Program-made: the position numbers and the translations under genes | The notes under the pieces: model-generated | What the model was told of the DNA's origin: nothing | Databases searched by the model: none | What the model saw: the letters and a program-made list of their open reading frames with translations, nothing else | Source: Candidatus Methylomirabilis limnetica | GTDB lineage: Bacteria > Methylomirabilota > Methylomirabilia > Methylomirabilales > Methylomirabilaceae | Assembly (NCBI RefSeq): GCF_003044035.1 | Contig: NZ_NVQC01000025.1 | Span: 1 to 28,106, forward strand | Direction of reading: 5' to 3' | Length of the DNA stretch: 28,106 bases | Shown: piece by piece, positions 1 to 8,911 of the stretch | Layout of the letters: the number at the start of each line of letters is the position of its first letter | Position numbering within the stretch: the first letter of the stretch is position 1

Positions 1-1
1 C

Positions 2-331
2 GGATTTCGACCGCAGCATGGAAAAGCCTCCGGCTTTCCCATGCTTCCCACAGGCCCGACTATCACTGAACAGAGGTGGGTTCCTTTTGCTTTATCACGG
101 TGGGTCCCTTTTGCGTTGTCAAAACGACAAATCAATGAACACCGCGGTACCCCCAGTATTGCCGTCTGGCAACGCAATTATTACGAGCACATGGTCCGCA
201 GCGAAAAATCATTGAACCGCATCCGACAATACATTGCAGATAATCCGCTGCAATGGGCGATGGATCGTGAAAATCCCAATGCGGTGGCGGCTTGTAGGGG
301 TACGTTGCCACGTGCCCCATGGCGCATCTGA
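2..331 (+). CDS. IS200/IS605-type Y1 (RAYT-like) transposase, C-terminal part; 5' end lies outside the window or is decayed
   Basis: The frame is open from the window edge. WQRNYYEHMVRSEKSLNRIRQYIADNPLQWAMDRENP matches the conserved C-terminal signature of IS200-like/REP-associated tyrosine transposases. The last ~12 codons run into a REP copy. A 24-bp tandem duplication at 75-122 encodes RWVPFALS twice. Confidence 0.6.
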   Translation, partial: GFRPQHGKASGFPMLPTGPTITEQRWVPFALSRWVPFALSKRQINEHRGTPSIAVWQRNYYEHMVRSEKSLNRIRQYIADNPLQWAMDRENPNAVAACRGTLPRAPWRI

Positions 332-495
332 CGGATTTCGTGGTCGGACAGGCTGCCCCGTTTGGCTGGAATCGTTGGATGGGGCGATGAGGGCGGGCGA
401 CGTAGGGGCACGTGGCAACGTACAGGGGCACGTGGCAACGCACAGGGAGGGGCACGTGCAACGCACATGGATGGGCACGTGCAACGTGCCCCTAC
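294..495. repeat. REP-like array: one inverted copy (294-318) plus four tandem direct copies (402-495) of GGGGCACGTG(G)CAACG
   Basis: Read directly. GTAGGGGTACGTTGCCACGTGCCCC at 294-318 is the reverse complement of the unit repeated at 405-423, 425-443, 449-466 and 473-495. The last copy forms an 8-bp perfect hairpin (GGGCACGT gca ACGTGCCC) overlapping the stop codon of the UPF0182 gene. Confidence 0.8.
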
Positions 496-3209
496 CGACC
501 GGCGCGGGCGCGGAGCTCTTTCAGCGCTGACTCCAGACGGGCGACCTCTTCGCCGTAGCCGGCGAAGTTGCCCTGCCGAAGGAGTTCTTGCGCTCGCGTG
601 TAATGGTCGTAGGCGCGGCTCGCCAGCATCTTGAGGGAGCCGTCCATCTCTGGGAGTGCGACTGCGCCCGACGGAATCTTTCCCGCGACTGGCCCCCTCG
701 CCGCGCCGCTAAAGATTCGGGCCATGGCGGCGTCGAGGCTCTCTTCCATGGCGATCTGGTTGCCATGGGCGACGATGATCCGCTTCAGCTCCGGCAGTGA
801 CCCCTTTTCGGCCGCCAGGTAGAGCGGCTGGACGTAGAGCAGCGACCGCTCGATAGGGATGGCCAGCATGCTGCCTCGTATCACGGTGGAGCCGCGTTGG
901 CTCCAGAGCGAGAGCTGCTGCGAGATAAAAGAATCCTGGTCGATACGGGCGTTGATCTGTCGCGGGCCGTAGACCATCTTTGCCTTGGGGAAGTTGAAGG
1001 CGGTCAGCTTGCCGTAGTGCGGCGGGTCGCTGCGGGCCGCGAGCCAGGCAATCATGTTGTCTTTCTTATTGGGCGTGAACGGCAAGAGGAGAGCGAACTC
1101 CTCCTTCGTCTCGCCTGGAAGCCGCATGATGGTATAGTATGGCTCCATATCAGCGGGGATGCTCCAGAGATCTTCCTTGTTGTAAAAGACCTGGGGATCC
1201 TGCATATGGTAGGTGCTGTAGAGCTTGGCCTGGATGTTGAACATCCCTTGAGGATAGCGAATATGGGCCTTCAGATCGTCCGGCATCGCCTCGAGCGGTT
1301 TAAACAGTCCAGGGAAGGCTCGGTCGTAGGCCGTAATCACGGGATCGGTGGGATCGGCCAGGTAGAAGCTGAGGTTCCCGTTGTAGGCGTCCACCACTGC
1401 CTTGACCGAGTTACGGATATAGTTGCCTACGCCACGGATCGGTTCGGAGTACGGGTACATATCCGAGACGGTGTAGGCGTCGATGATCCAGAACAGGCGG
1501 CCGTCTCGAGCGATGACCAGATAGGGGTCCTGGTCGAAGGCTAAAAAGGGCGCCGCCTTCTTGACCCGCTCGGAGATCTGTCGGTGATACATGATCCTGC
1601 TGTCCGATGTCAGATCTTGCGAGAGGAGGATCTTGAGCGTCCCGAAGCGGCTGGCGAAGAGTAGTTTTCGTCCGAAGGACGTGAGAGGCACACCCCCCTC
1701 ACCGGTGTACGTGCTATAGACGTTCTTGTCGCCCGAGGGGTAATCCAGCTCCTGGGCTTGCGTCTTGACGATGACGTAGTCGTTGGCGGCCTCGCTGAAG
1801 TAGATCTCCGGGCGCGTGATCTTGAGCGGCGTGGTTGAGACAGGCGGGATATCCTTTATCAGAAACTCCGGTAGCCCTTCCGGAGTAATCCGGTTCACGG
1901 GCCCGAGGACCGCCCCGTAGCCGTGGGTAAAGATCAGGTGCTCATTGATCCAGCTCCGGCCGGGAAGATGTTGATGCGACATCTCTCTGGCCGAGAGCAT
2001 CACCTGTCGGTACTCGCCGTCGATCTGGTATCGGTCGTTGTCCACGTTCAGGAACTTATAGTAGGTCCGGATCTCCTGGAGCTGGCCATACGTCGTCAGC
2101 AGTGGACGGTGGTCCCAGAGCCGGATGTTCTTGATCGTAAGATCGTTACGTCGCAGATCCTCCCGGGTCAGGGTTTCCTCAGCGGGAAACTCTTGCTCGT
2201 CGATCCGGTCGAGTCCGTAAGCCTGGCGGGTGAAGTGGATGTTGTGGGTGATGTAGGGACTCTCGGCAACGATCTCATTCGGAACGACGCGGAAGCGCTG
2301 GATAAAGCCGGGATAGAGTCCCAGGCCGATGACGCTGCAGACGACCAGCAGGCCGAGGCCGACCAGGACCAACCTCCAGCCGCGCTGGAAGATTTGAGCC
2401 AGGCAGAGGACGGCGACAAAGATGGCCAGGATCGTCAGAAAATTAAGGGCCGGAAGGTTAGCGTTGATGTCGCTATAGCCGGCGCCGAAGACCATTCCGC
2501 GAGGGGAGTAGAGGAGATGGTAGGTGTCGAGCCGGAAGCCAACGGCCTTGATCAGGAACAGCAATGCGCCGAGCACAAGCAGGTGCGTCCTCGCCAGACG
2601 GGCAATGATGGGCCCCCGAGTCGTGATCTGTATGCCCCGGAAGAGGAGATAGGTTACGGCGGTCAGCAGGAGGATCAGGATGACTGAGGTGATCAGCCAA
2701 CCGTACAGGAAGGAGAGGAAAGGCAGTTGAAAGACATAGAAGCCGACGTCAGTCTGAAAGATCGGATCCTGAATTCCAAAGGGTGACGCGTTCGCAAAAC
2801 GAATGTAACGCTCCCACGTGGCGGACGCCCGGAATGCCGAAAGGACTCCGAGCCCGAGGACGACGGGGATCAAGAGCGATCGGAAGTACGGTTCGATCAT
2901 CAGGCGGCTGGGGAGCCCGAACCGATCCTCCACCTCGAGGAGGACATCGGTGGTGGTAAATCGGCTGGCCAGGTACAGGTTGACGTAAAGCAGGACCGCA
3001 AAGGTCAGGCCGAATATGACAGCGAGCGTCAGTTGTGTCGTGAGCATCGTGAGGAAGACGTTGGTGAGCTTCACCTCCTGGAACCAGAGCCAGTCGGAGT
3101 AGAGTGGAACCGTCTGACTTCCAACCGCAAAGACGACCAGTAAGATCAGCAGAAGAGCGATCTGCCTACCCTTGAGATCTGAAGAGCTTCCACTGCGCTG
3201 CGCCATCAT
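492..3209 (-). CDS. UPF0182 (COG1615) family large integral membrane protein
   Basis: 905-aa ORF. It has multiple N-terminal TM helices followed by a large soluble region with UPF0182-like blocks (FLAFDQDPYLVI..DGRLFWIIDAYT..YPYS, LYVQPLYL). Confidence 0.8.
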   Translation of the reverse strand: MMAQRSGSSSDLKGRQIALLLILLVVFAVGSQTVPLYSDWLWFQEVKLTNVFLTMLTTQLTLAVIFGLTFAVLLYVNLYLASRFTTTDVLLEVEDRFGLPSRLMIEPYFRSLLIPVVLGLGVLSAFRASATWERYIRFANASPFGIQDPIFQTDVGFYVFQLPFLSFLYGWLITSVILILLLTAVTYLLFRGIQITTRGPIIARLARTHLLVLGALLFLIKAVGFRLDTYHLLYSPRGMVFGAGYSDINANLPALNFLTILAIFVAVLCLAQIFQRGWRLVLVGLGLLVVCSVIGLGLYPGFIQRFRVVPNEIVAESPYITHNIHFTRQAYGLDRIDEQEFPAEETLTREDLRRNDLTIKNIRLWDHRPLLTTYGQLQEIRTYYKFLNVDNDRYQIDGEYRQVMLSAREMSHQHLPGRSWINEHLIFTHGYGAVLGPVNRITPEGLPEFLIKDIPPVSTTPLKITRPEIYFSEAANDYVIVKTQAQELDYPSGDKNVYSTYTGEGGVPLTSFGRKLLFASRFGTLKILLSQDLTSDSRIMYHRQISERVKKAAPFLAFDQDPYLVIARDGRLFWIIDAYTVSDMYPYSEPIRGVGNYIRNSVKAVVDAYNGNLSFYLADPTDPVITAYDRAFPGLFKPLEAMPDDLKAHIRYPQGMFNIQAKLYSTYHMQDPQVFYNKEDLWSIPADMEPYYTIMRLPGETKEEFALLLPFTPNKKDNMIAWLAARSDPPHYGKLTAFNFPKAKMVYGPRQINARIDQDSFISQQLSLWSQRGSTVIRGSMLAIPIERSLLYVQPLYLAAEKGSLPELKRIIVAHGNQIAMEESLDAAMARIFSGAARGPVAGKIPSGAVALPEMDGSLKMLASRAYDHYTRAQELLRQGNFAGYGEEVARLESALKELRARAGR

Positions 3210-3246
3210 TGCTCCCGCATTCTGCTGCTTCCTTTCGGAAGGAAAT

Positions 3247-4455
3247 CTAGATGAGTTGGAGGGCCCGCCCCGCCTCGGCCAGTGCTGTCAGTGCGGCGTC
3301 CAGATCTGCCTTGCTGTGCGAGGCTGTCACAGTGAGTCGGATCCGTTCGGTTCCACGTGGGACGGAAGGGTAACGGATCCCCTGGGCAAAGACGCCGCAG
3401 TCCAGGAGCTCCTGAGACAAGCGCATGACACGCTCAGACCCTCCTACCATCAGGGGGATGATCTGGGTCCCGCGTGGGCTCACCTCAAACCCAATCTCGC
3501 GCAGACCCACCCTCATGTGCCGGGTGTTGTCCCACAGTTGTTGTCTCCGCTCAGGTTCTTGCTCCACGATGGTGAGCGCCTCGAGTACGGTTGCCAGTAC
3601 CGCAGGCGGCAGTGCGCAGGTGAAGATGAAGGGTCTGGCCCGGTTGATCAGGTACTCGATGACCGTGCGGTTGCCTACGACATAGGCGCCAAAGCCGCCC
3701 AGCGCTTTGGCGAGACTTCCGGTCTCGATGTCGATCCGGCCCAGCACGCCTGCCGCCTCAGCGGTCCCACGCCCGGTCTCGCCCAGCACGCCGATGCCAT
3801 GGGAGTCGTCCACCATCGTCACGCAGCCGTAGCGTTTCGCCAGCTCGACGATCTCCCTCAAGGGCGCCACGTCCCCGTCCATGCTATAGAGGCCGTCGAC
3901 CACGATGAGCCGTCGCCCGGCGGAGGTCTCTTCCCTCAGGAGGTCCTCCAGGGCGGCGAGGTCGTTGTGCGGGAAGATCATGACCTTGGCTCGCGAGAGC
4001 CGACAGCCGTCAACGATGCTCGCATGGTTCAGCGCGTCGCTGAACACCACGTCCTGGAAGCCCATCAGGGCGGAGATCACGCCCAAGTTAGCCTGATACC
4101 CGGTGCTGAACAGGAGGGCAGCCTCGGCCTGTTTGAAGCGGGCAAGCCGTTCCTCTACTTGAGGATAGAGATCGTGGTTGCCAGAGATCAGACGAGCCGC
4201 CGCAGCGCCGCAGCCGTACCGCATGGTGGCCTGACAGGCAGCCTGCGTGAGGCGCGGGTGACAGGCCAGGCCAAGATAGTCGCTTCCGGCGAAGTGGATC
4301 GCCTCTTTGCCGTCTATATGAATTCGTGGGCCCTGTGGACCGTCAACCAGTCGGAGCGATCGGTACAGGCCCTCGACCTTCAGGCCGTCCAGCTCACGCT
4401 GAAGCGACTGAACCATATCTTCGTGCAGACGTGGATCATCACGGGTTAGTGGCAT
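3247..4455 (-). CDS. bioF: 8-amino-7-oxononanoate synthase (PLP-dependent alpha-oxoamine synthase)
   Basis: Motifs SDYLGL, GYQANLG, LNHASIVDG, SMDGD, DDSHG and the GSLAKALG lysine region. The start is taken at the second ATG (MPLTRDD), which has GAGGGA 7 nt upstream; the ORF-track ATG at 4479 has no RBS. Kbl cannot be fully excluded. Confidence 0.75.
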   Translation of the reverse strand: MPLTRDDPRLHEDMVQSLQRELDGLKVEGLYRSLRLVDGPQGPRIHIDGKEAIHFAGSDYLGLACHPRLTQAACQATMRYGCGAAAARLISGNHDLYPQVEERLARFKQAEAALLFSTGYQANLGVISALMGFQDVVFSDALNHASIVDGCRLSRAKVMIFPHNDLAALEDLLREETSAGRRLIVVDGLYSMDGDVAPLREIVELAKRYGCVTMVDDSHGIGVLGETGRGTAEAAGVLGRIDIETGSLAKALGGFGAYVVGNRTVIEYLINRARPFIFTCALPPAVLATVLEALTIVEQEPERRQQLWDNTRHMRVGLREIGFEVSPRGTQIIPLMVGGSERVMRLSQELLDCGVFAQGIRYPSVPRGTERIRLTVTASHSKADLDAALTALAEAGRALQLI

Positions 4456-4488
4456 CTTCGTTCCCTCAGCGGAGATCATTGTCTGGGG

Positions 4489-4644
4489 GTAACTACTCAG
4501 GTGTTTAGACTGAAGGCTGAAGGTTCTAAATTATCTCGCAAGGCACGAATCGAGCCATTCAAGACCTTTTCGGAGTTTTGTATGATCACGCATGACTTAC
4601 CCCTAAAAGGCTTCAGCCTTCAGCCTATCTACCTGAGTAGTTAC
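4489..4644. repeat. MITE-like 156-bp element with ~35-bp terminal inverted repeats
   Basis: The left arm GTAACTACTCAGGTGTTTAGACTGAAGGCTGAAGG (4489-4523) is the reverse complement of the right arm (4610-4644), except for a 7-nt central patch and one outer base. It lies between the glgP stop and the bioF start. Confidence 0.6.
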
Positions 4645-4713
4645 GTCTAGGGCATTATAGAGGAAGCAATGCCAGGCGAGCAACCGAAACCGGCGGCAGG
4701 CGGCGCCTGTCGG

Positions 4714-6417
4714 CTACCGATCTCGGTAGGCGTGCGTGACGTACTCCTGGACCATCCTCTGTGTATTGAAGAAAGAGGCGTTGAGCGCGACAGTAAATCG
4801 CATCAACTCCGCCCATCGGAGGGGATCGCCATAGTAGAGAGGCAGGATCTTTTCCTCCAGCTTGCAGTAGAGTTCCTCTGCGTCTTTATCATCCCGCCTC
4901 TCGAATACTGTCCCGCTGTCTCGGGAACCGATAGCCCAGCCCGTTACCCCCTCTACAGGTACTTCCAGCCACCAGCCGTCGAGAACGCTGAGGCTCGGCA
5001 CCCCGTTGTGTGCCGCCTTCATCCCGCTGGTGCCGGATGCTTCATACGGTGGCTGTGGTGTATTGAGCCATAGGTCCGTGCCGGAGGTGAGCAACAGTCC
5101 CAGCTCCATATTGTAATTAGACAAGTAGGCGACCTTGACGTCTGGTGCCAACTCCTTCGCCCAGCGAAATATCCGTTGAATCAAATCCTTTCCCTCTTCA
5201 TCCTTGGGATGTGCTTTTCCGGAAAAGATCACCTGCAACGGGCCGTACCGGGCTGCAATCTGCCTTAGCCGATCCGGATCGTAAAAAAGGAGATCCGGGC
5301 GCTTGTAGGACGTTGCCCTCCTTGCGAAGCCTATGGTGAAGGCGTGCCGACAAAAGGCCGCGTTTGCCGATCTGTTGATCTCCGTAATCAGCGATTGCTT
5401 TGCCTCGTCATGGGCCTGCCGAATGGCGTCGAGAGGAATGCCAAGGGCGTACCGCAGGAAGAAGCTGTCCTCTCGCCAATCCGGGGTATACCGATCATAC
5501 AGGGCGCGAAATGGCGGGGCGGTCCATGTGGCAGAATGCACGCCGTTGGTGATGGAACCGATGGCGAGGTTCGGAAACAAGGCACGTGACACCTCACTGT
5601 GCCGTTTGGTCACACCGTTCACGTAGTTGCTCAATTGGAGTGCCACAAATGTCATGTTGAGCGAGCCGTTGCAACAGCCGAGAGCCTGCAGCGCTTCCCA
5701 CTGGTCCGGGCTCAAGACGCGTTGGGCCAGATCGAGGGAAAACTGATCGTGGCCGGCGGGGATCGGCGTGTGAGTGGTGAAGACGCAGAGGCGCTTCACC
5801 AGATCGATGGCGTCCTGCCGCCGCTGCGGCATCTGCTTGAACGCCTCGGTAAATAGCTCCAGGGCCAGTAGGGCGGCATGACCTTCGTTCATGTGGAACC
5901 TGAAGATCAGGGTGTAACCCAATGCCCGCAGTATGCGCACGCCGCCCACCCCTAGAATGACCTCCTGACACAGGCGATACCGCTGGTCACCGCCATACAG
6001 GTGGTCGGTCAGCGTGCGGTCATAGGGATCGTTGCCGGGCAGATCAGTATCCAGCAGTAACACAGGAATAACGGCGCCTGACGCCCCGGTGATCAGGTAT
6101 CGCCATGCGCGTACGGTGACCTGTCGTCCCTCGACCTCCACCTGGCACGTGCCATCCGTGAGGTGGAGGAATTCGTCTACGCGCCATGGCATCGGATCCT
6201 CGGATTGGCGCCCCTCTTTATCGAGCCGTTGAGAGAAGTAGCCCTTTCGATGCAGCAGGGTCACGCCGACCATAAACAGCCCCAAGTCGGCAGCGCTACG
6301 CAGCATATCGCCCGCCAACACGCCAAGCCCGCCACTGTACGTGGGCAGAGGGCTTTCGAGCGCTATCTCCATAGAGAAGTAAGCGATTGTTCGCGTCCGA
6401 CGTCTCTCAACATTCAT
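4714..6417 (-). CDS. glgP: alpha-glucan (glycogen/maltodextrin) phosphorylase, GT35 alpha-glucan family
   Basis: IAYFSMEIAL...YSGGLGVLAGD N-terminus, the NGV..RH segment, and SGKAHPKD / EASGTSGMKA PLP-lysine region. The start is taken at MNVERRR (ATG 6417, GGAGAGG upstream); the ORF-track start 6501 is also possible. Confidence 0.85.
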   Translation of the reverse strand: MNVERRRTRTIAYFSMEIALESPLPTYSGGLGVLAGDMLRSAADLGLFMVGVTLLHRKGYFSQRLDKEGRQSEDPMPWRVDEFLHLTDGTCQVEVEGRQVTVRAWRYLITGASGAVIPVLLLDTDLPGNDPYDRTLTDHLYGGDQRYRLCQEVILGVGGVRILRALGYTLIFRFHMNEGHAALLALELFTEAFKQMPQRRQDAIDLVKRLCVFTTHTPIPAGHDQFSLDLAQRVLSPDQWEALQALGCCNGSLNMTFVALQLSNYVNGVTKRHSEVSRALFPNLAIGSITNGVHSATWTAPPFRALYDRYTPDWREDSFFLRYALGIPLDAIRQAHDEAKQSLITEINRSANAAFCRHAFTIGFARRATSYKRPDLLFYDPDRLRQIAARYGPLQVIFSGKAHPKDEEGKDLIQRIFRWAKELAPDVKVAYLSNYNMELGLLLTSGTDLWLNTPQPPYEASGTSGMKAAHNGVPSLSVLDGWWLEVPVEGVTGWAIGSRDSGTVFERRDDKDAEELYCKLEEKILPLYYGDPLRWAELMRFTVALNASFFNTQRMVQEYVTHAYRDR

Positions 6418-6632
6418 GGATTTATTGATCCTCTCCGCACCACCCAAGGGCACGACGCGGGAAGAACATCGCCTCCCATTCGAAGGATCGAGATCCGGCA
6501 ATTGTGCCAGGCCATCAAGCTGGTTAATGCTATCACAATTATCATATCGGTAGGTATATTTGCACTAATCACGTGACTGCGCAGGAAGATAGGCTGAAGG
6601 AGGAGTCCTCTCGCCTCAACCCGAACCTTCTA

Positions 6633-6778
6633 CCCCCCCCATCCTCACCTTCCCCCGCAAGGGGGGAAGGGATAACCGCAGGGAAGCGCAAAGGGGTTGA
6701 CATATTTAGTGGATCGCGTAAGTATGTAAGTGCTTACTTTAATCCCCCCTAACCCCCCTTTTGTAAAGGGGGGGATTT
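6633..6778. repeat. Two G/C-tract hairpin repeats (CCTTCCCCC-GCAA-GGGGGGAAGG at 6633-6676; CCCCCCTTT-TGTA-AAAGGGGGG at 6741-6778)
   Basis: Palindromes read directly. The first is nearly identical to 13995-14039. They sit in the glgP/tetR divergent intergenic region. Confidence 0.75.
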
Positions 6779-6785
6779 CTCCGAA

Positions 6786-6817
6786 GCTGACGGCTGAGCG
6801 CTGAGGGCTGACAGCTG
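6786..6817. repeat. Heptanucleotide tandem repeat (GCTGANN) x4.5
   Basis: gctgacg gctgagc gctgagg gctgaca gctg, ending 17 nt upstream of the TetR start codon. Confidence 0.8.
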
Positions 6818-6834
6818 TTTTCCAAGGAGCCAAG

Positions 6835-7437
6835 ATGAAAGAGCGCCTGAGTGCCGATAAGCGCCGACAGCAGATTGTCGAGGCGGCGGTGGAGCTGTTC
6901 TCGCGGAAGGGATTCAGGGGGACCAGGACGCGCGAGATTGCAGAGGCCGCCGGCATCAGCGAGGCGATGATCTACAGGCACTTCGCGACCAAGCGTGAGC
7001 TGTATTCTGCGATCATCGAGGCGAAGTCCGCGACAGAGGAGCTGCTGGCGAGCGCAGCAACAGCCGCACAAGGGAAAGATGACGCCGGCGTCCTGCGGGC
7101 GGTGGGTCTGAAGATGATCGAGCAGACGGTGCAGGATCCGAGCCTCATGCGGCTCCTCCTTTTCAGCGCGCTCGAAGGGCACGAGCTGTCCGAGATCTTC
7201 TTCGAATCCCGAGTCAAAAGGCTGCATCAGTTTCTCAGCCGCTATATTCGTAGACGGATCAAGGAGGGGCGATTCCGGTCGATGGACGCGCTGGTCGCCG
7301 CGCGTGGTTTCATCGGAATGATTGTCCATTACCTGCTGATCCATAAGCTGTTCGGGGTGAAACGCCCTCGCCGCTCCTCGCCGGAAGAGGTGGTGGAGCT
7401 TTTCGTATCCGTCTTTCTGAAGGGGATCGCGCGATGA
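6835..7437 (+). CDS. TetR/AcrR family transcriptional regulator
   Basis: N-terminal HTH signature RRQQIVEAAVELFSRKGFRGTRTREIAEAAGISEAMIYRHFATKRELY. Its stop overlaps the next start (ATGA). Confidence 0.9.
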   Translation: MKERLSADKRRQQIVEAAVELFSRKGFRGTRTREIAEAAGISEAMIYRHFATKRELYSAIIEAKSATEELLASAATAAQGKDDAGVLRAVGLKMIEQTVQDPSLMRLLLFSALEGHELSEIFFESRVKRLHQFLSRYIRRRIKEGRFRSMDALVAARGFIGMIVHYLLIHKLFGVKRPRRSSPEEVVELFVSVFLKGIAR

Positions 7438-8660
7438 GACGCTACTTCCTTCATCGATACTTTGAGTTCTCGCTGTTTCTGCTGCTGCCCCTTTTGGGCT
7501 GTTCGCGGGAGCAGGCGGCCAAAGGCGCCCCGACCGTGGCGAAGGAGCAGAGCATCGCGATTACCGTGGCCCCCGTCGAGGCGAGGGAAGTGCAGCGGCG
7601 CGTAGATGTTGTCGGCACCCTGGAAGCGGACGACGAGGTGACGGTCTACGGCCAGGTGTCAGGGTCTGTGGAGCGGATCCTGGTTGACCTGGGGGACCGG
7701 GTGATGGCAGGGCAGCCGCTGCTTCAACTCGACCAGGCGGACTTGCAGTTGCAGGTCGGCAAGGCCGAGGCGATCCTCCGCCAAACGCGAACGAGGCTCG
7801 GTGCGCTGGACGGCAGGGATATCCTGCCTGACGATCAGCAGCCGGTTGTTCGTCAGGCAAGGGCCAACTCTGATGACGCCGCCCTGTGGTATGAGCGGAT
7901 GCAGAGCCTGTATAAGGAAGGCGCTGTCTCCCGGAACGATCTGGATACCGCCTTGGCGAAGTCTCACGCCTTGAAGGCGGCGTTCGACGGCGCCATCAGT
8001 CAGGTGAGGGCGCTTGCCGATCAGCTCAGGGAGCAGCAGGCGGCGCTGGATCTGGCCCGTCGGAACCTCCAGTACACGGTGATCCGGGCTCCCATCGATG
8101 GCTCCATCAAAGAACGCAACGTGTCCACCGGCCAGTATATTGCCGGCGGCACCATGCAGAATACCAAGCTGCTGATCCTCGTCCGTGACGATCCCTTGAA
8201 GCTAAAGGCGTCGGTGCCGGAGCGGTTCCAAGGACAGATCCGGCCGGGCCAGGAGGTGAAGGTCCAGGTCGAGGCCTACCTGGGCCGCGAATTCATCGGG
8301 ACTGCGAAGCGGGTCGGCCCGGCCGTTTTCACCGACACCCGGACATTTCCGATCGAGGCACGGGTGCCAAACCACAAGGGATTGTTGAAGCCGGGATCCT
8401 TCGCCAAGGCGCGGATCCAGATTAGGGTTGACCGCGGCATTCCCTTCGTCCCGGAGGAAGCCGTCTATTACTTCGTAGGGATCACCAAGGCGTTCGTGGT
8501 CAAGGACGGTGTCGCCCAAGAGCGACAGATCACGGTTGGCGAACGCCAGGATGGGCTGGTAGAGATCGTCGAGGGACTTCAACCAGGAGAGCAGGTAGCC
8601 ACCTCGCATTTGAGTCAACTGTTCGACGGCGCGAGGGTTCAGGTGGTCGGCAATAAATAA
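7434..8660 (+). CDS. Efflux RND transporter periplasmic adaptor (MFP/HlyD family)
   Basis: Lipoprotein-like signal peptide (LLLPLLGCS), barrel-sandwich, coiled-coil and beta-barrel pattern typical of MFPs. It sits in an operon context with TetR and the RND pump. Confidence 0.85.
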   Translation: MRRYFLHRYFEFSLFLLLPLLGCSREQAAKGAPTVAKEQSIAITVAPVEAREVQRRVDVVGTLEADDEVTVYGQVSGSVERILVDLGDRVMAGQPLLQLDQADLQLQVGKAEAILRQTRTRLGALDGRDILPDDQQPVVRQARANSDDAALWYERMQSLYKEGAVSRNDLDTALAKSHALKAAFDGAISQVRALADQLREQQAALDLARRNLQYTVIRAPIDGSIKERNVSTGQYIAGGTMQNTKLLILVRDDPLKLKASVPERFQGQIRPGQEVKVQVEAYLGREFIGTAKRVGPAVFTDTRTFPIEARVPNHKGLLKPGSFAKARIQIRVDRGIPFVPEEAVYYFVGITKAFVVKDGVAQERQITVGERQDGLVEIVEGLQPGEQVATSHLSQLFDGARVQVVGNK

Positions 8661-8720
8661 CAAGACGAAGCGATGAATACTTCTCCAGTGTCATTGCGAA
8701 AGTCCCCCACCCTCTTCGGC

Positions 8721-8775
8721 GTAGGGGCGACCCTAGTGGTCGCCCAATCTGGGCAGGCACAAGGCCTGCCCCTAC
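8721..8775. repeat. Pair of REP-like hairpins (GGGCGACC-ctagt-GGTCGCCC; GGGCAGGC-acaa-GCCTGCCC) bracketed by GTAGGGG...CCCCTAC
   Basis: Perfect 8-bp stems read directly, inside the MFP-RND intergenic spacer. Confidence 0.8.
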
Positions 8776-8826
8776 AAAGGGAGGGTTAGGGAGTGCGGAG
8801 TGGAAAGTACGGTGCTGATCGCAACC

Positions 8827-8903
8827 TCAAACCTTGAACCTTGAACCTTGCACATTGAACTTTGAACTTTGAACCTCGAACGTTGAACTTTGAACCTTGA
8901 ACT
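8827..8903. repeat. Heptanucleotide tandem repeat (TTGAACY) x11
   Basis: tcaaacc ttgaacc ttgaacc ttgcaca ttgaact ttgaact ttgaacc tcgaacg ttgaact ttgaacc ttgaact. It ends 8 nt before the RND ATG. Confidence 0.9.
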
Positions 8904-8911
8904 GGTAGCCC

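Noticed and set aside
897-2687. ORFs 897..1544(+), 1923..2687(+) and 2168..2419(-) inside or antisense to the UPF0182 gene
   Set aside because: They are shadow ORFs typical of high-GC DNA. Their composition is low-complexity and Arg/Gly/Asp-rich with no recognisable motifs, and they are fully overlapped by a well-supported 905-aa gene.
3172-4449. 425-aa ORF on the + strand opposite bioF
   Set aside because: It is the antisense shadow of a clear PLP-enzyme gene, and its sequence is Arg/Gly/Pro/His-rich without motifs.
6696-6740. TTGACA plus an AAGTA-N10-TACTT inverted repeat as the tetR promoter/operator
   Set aside because: The -35 is perfect but the -10 candidate (TAAGTA) is weak and the palindrome is only 5+5 bp. 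This is not enough to call, so I left it as a note only.
8827-8903. Possible CRISPR array (also considered for the REP array at 402-495)
   Set aside because: The units are 7 nt or ~20 nt, tandem or nearly so, with no unique spacers of 25-40 nt and no cas genes. They are microsatellite or REP arrays, not CRISPR.
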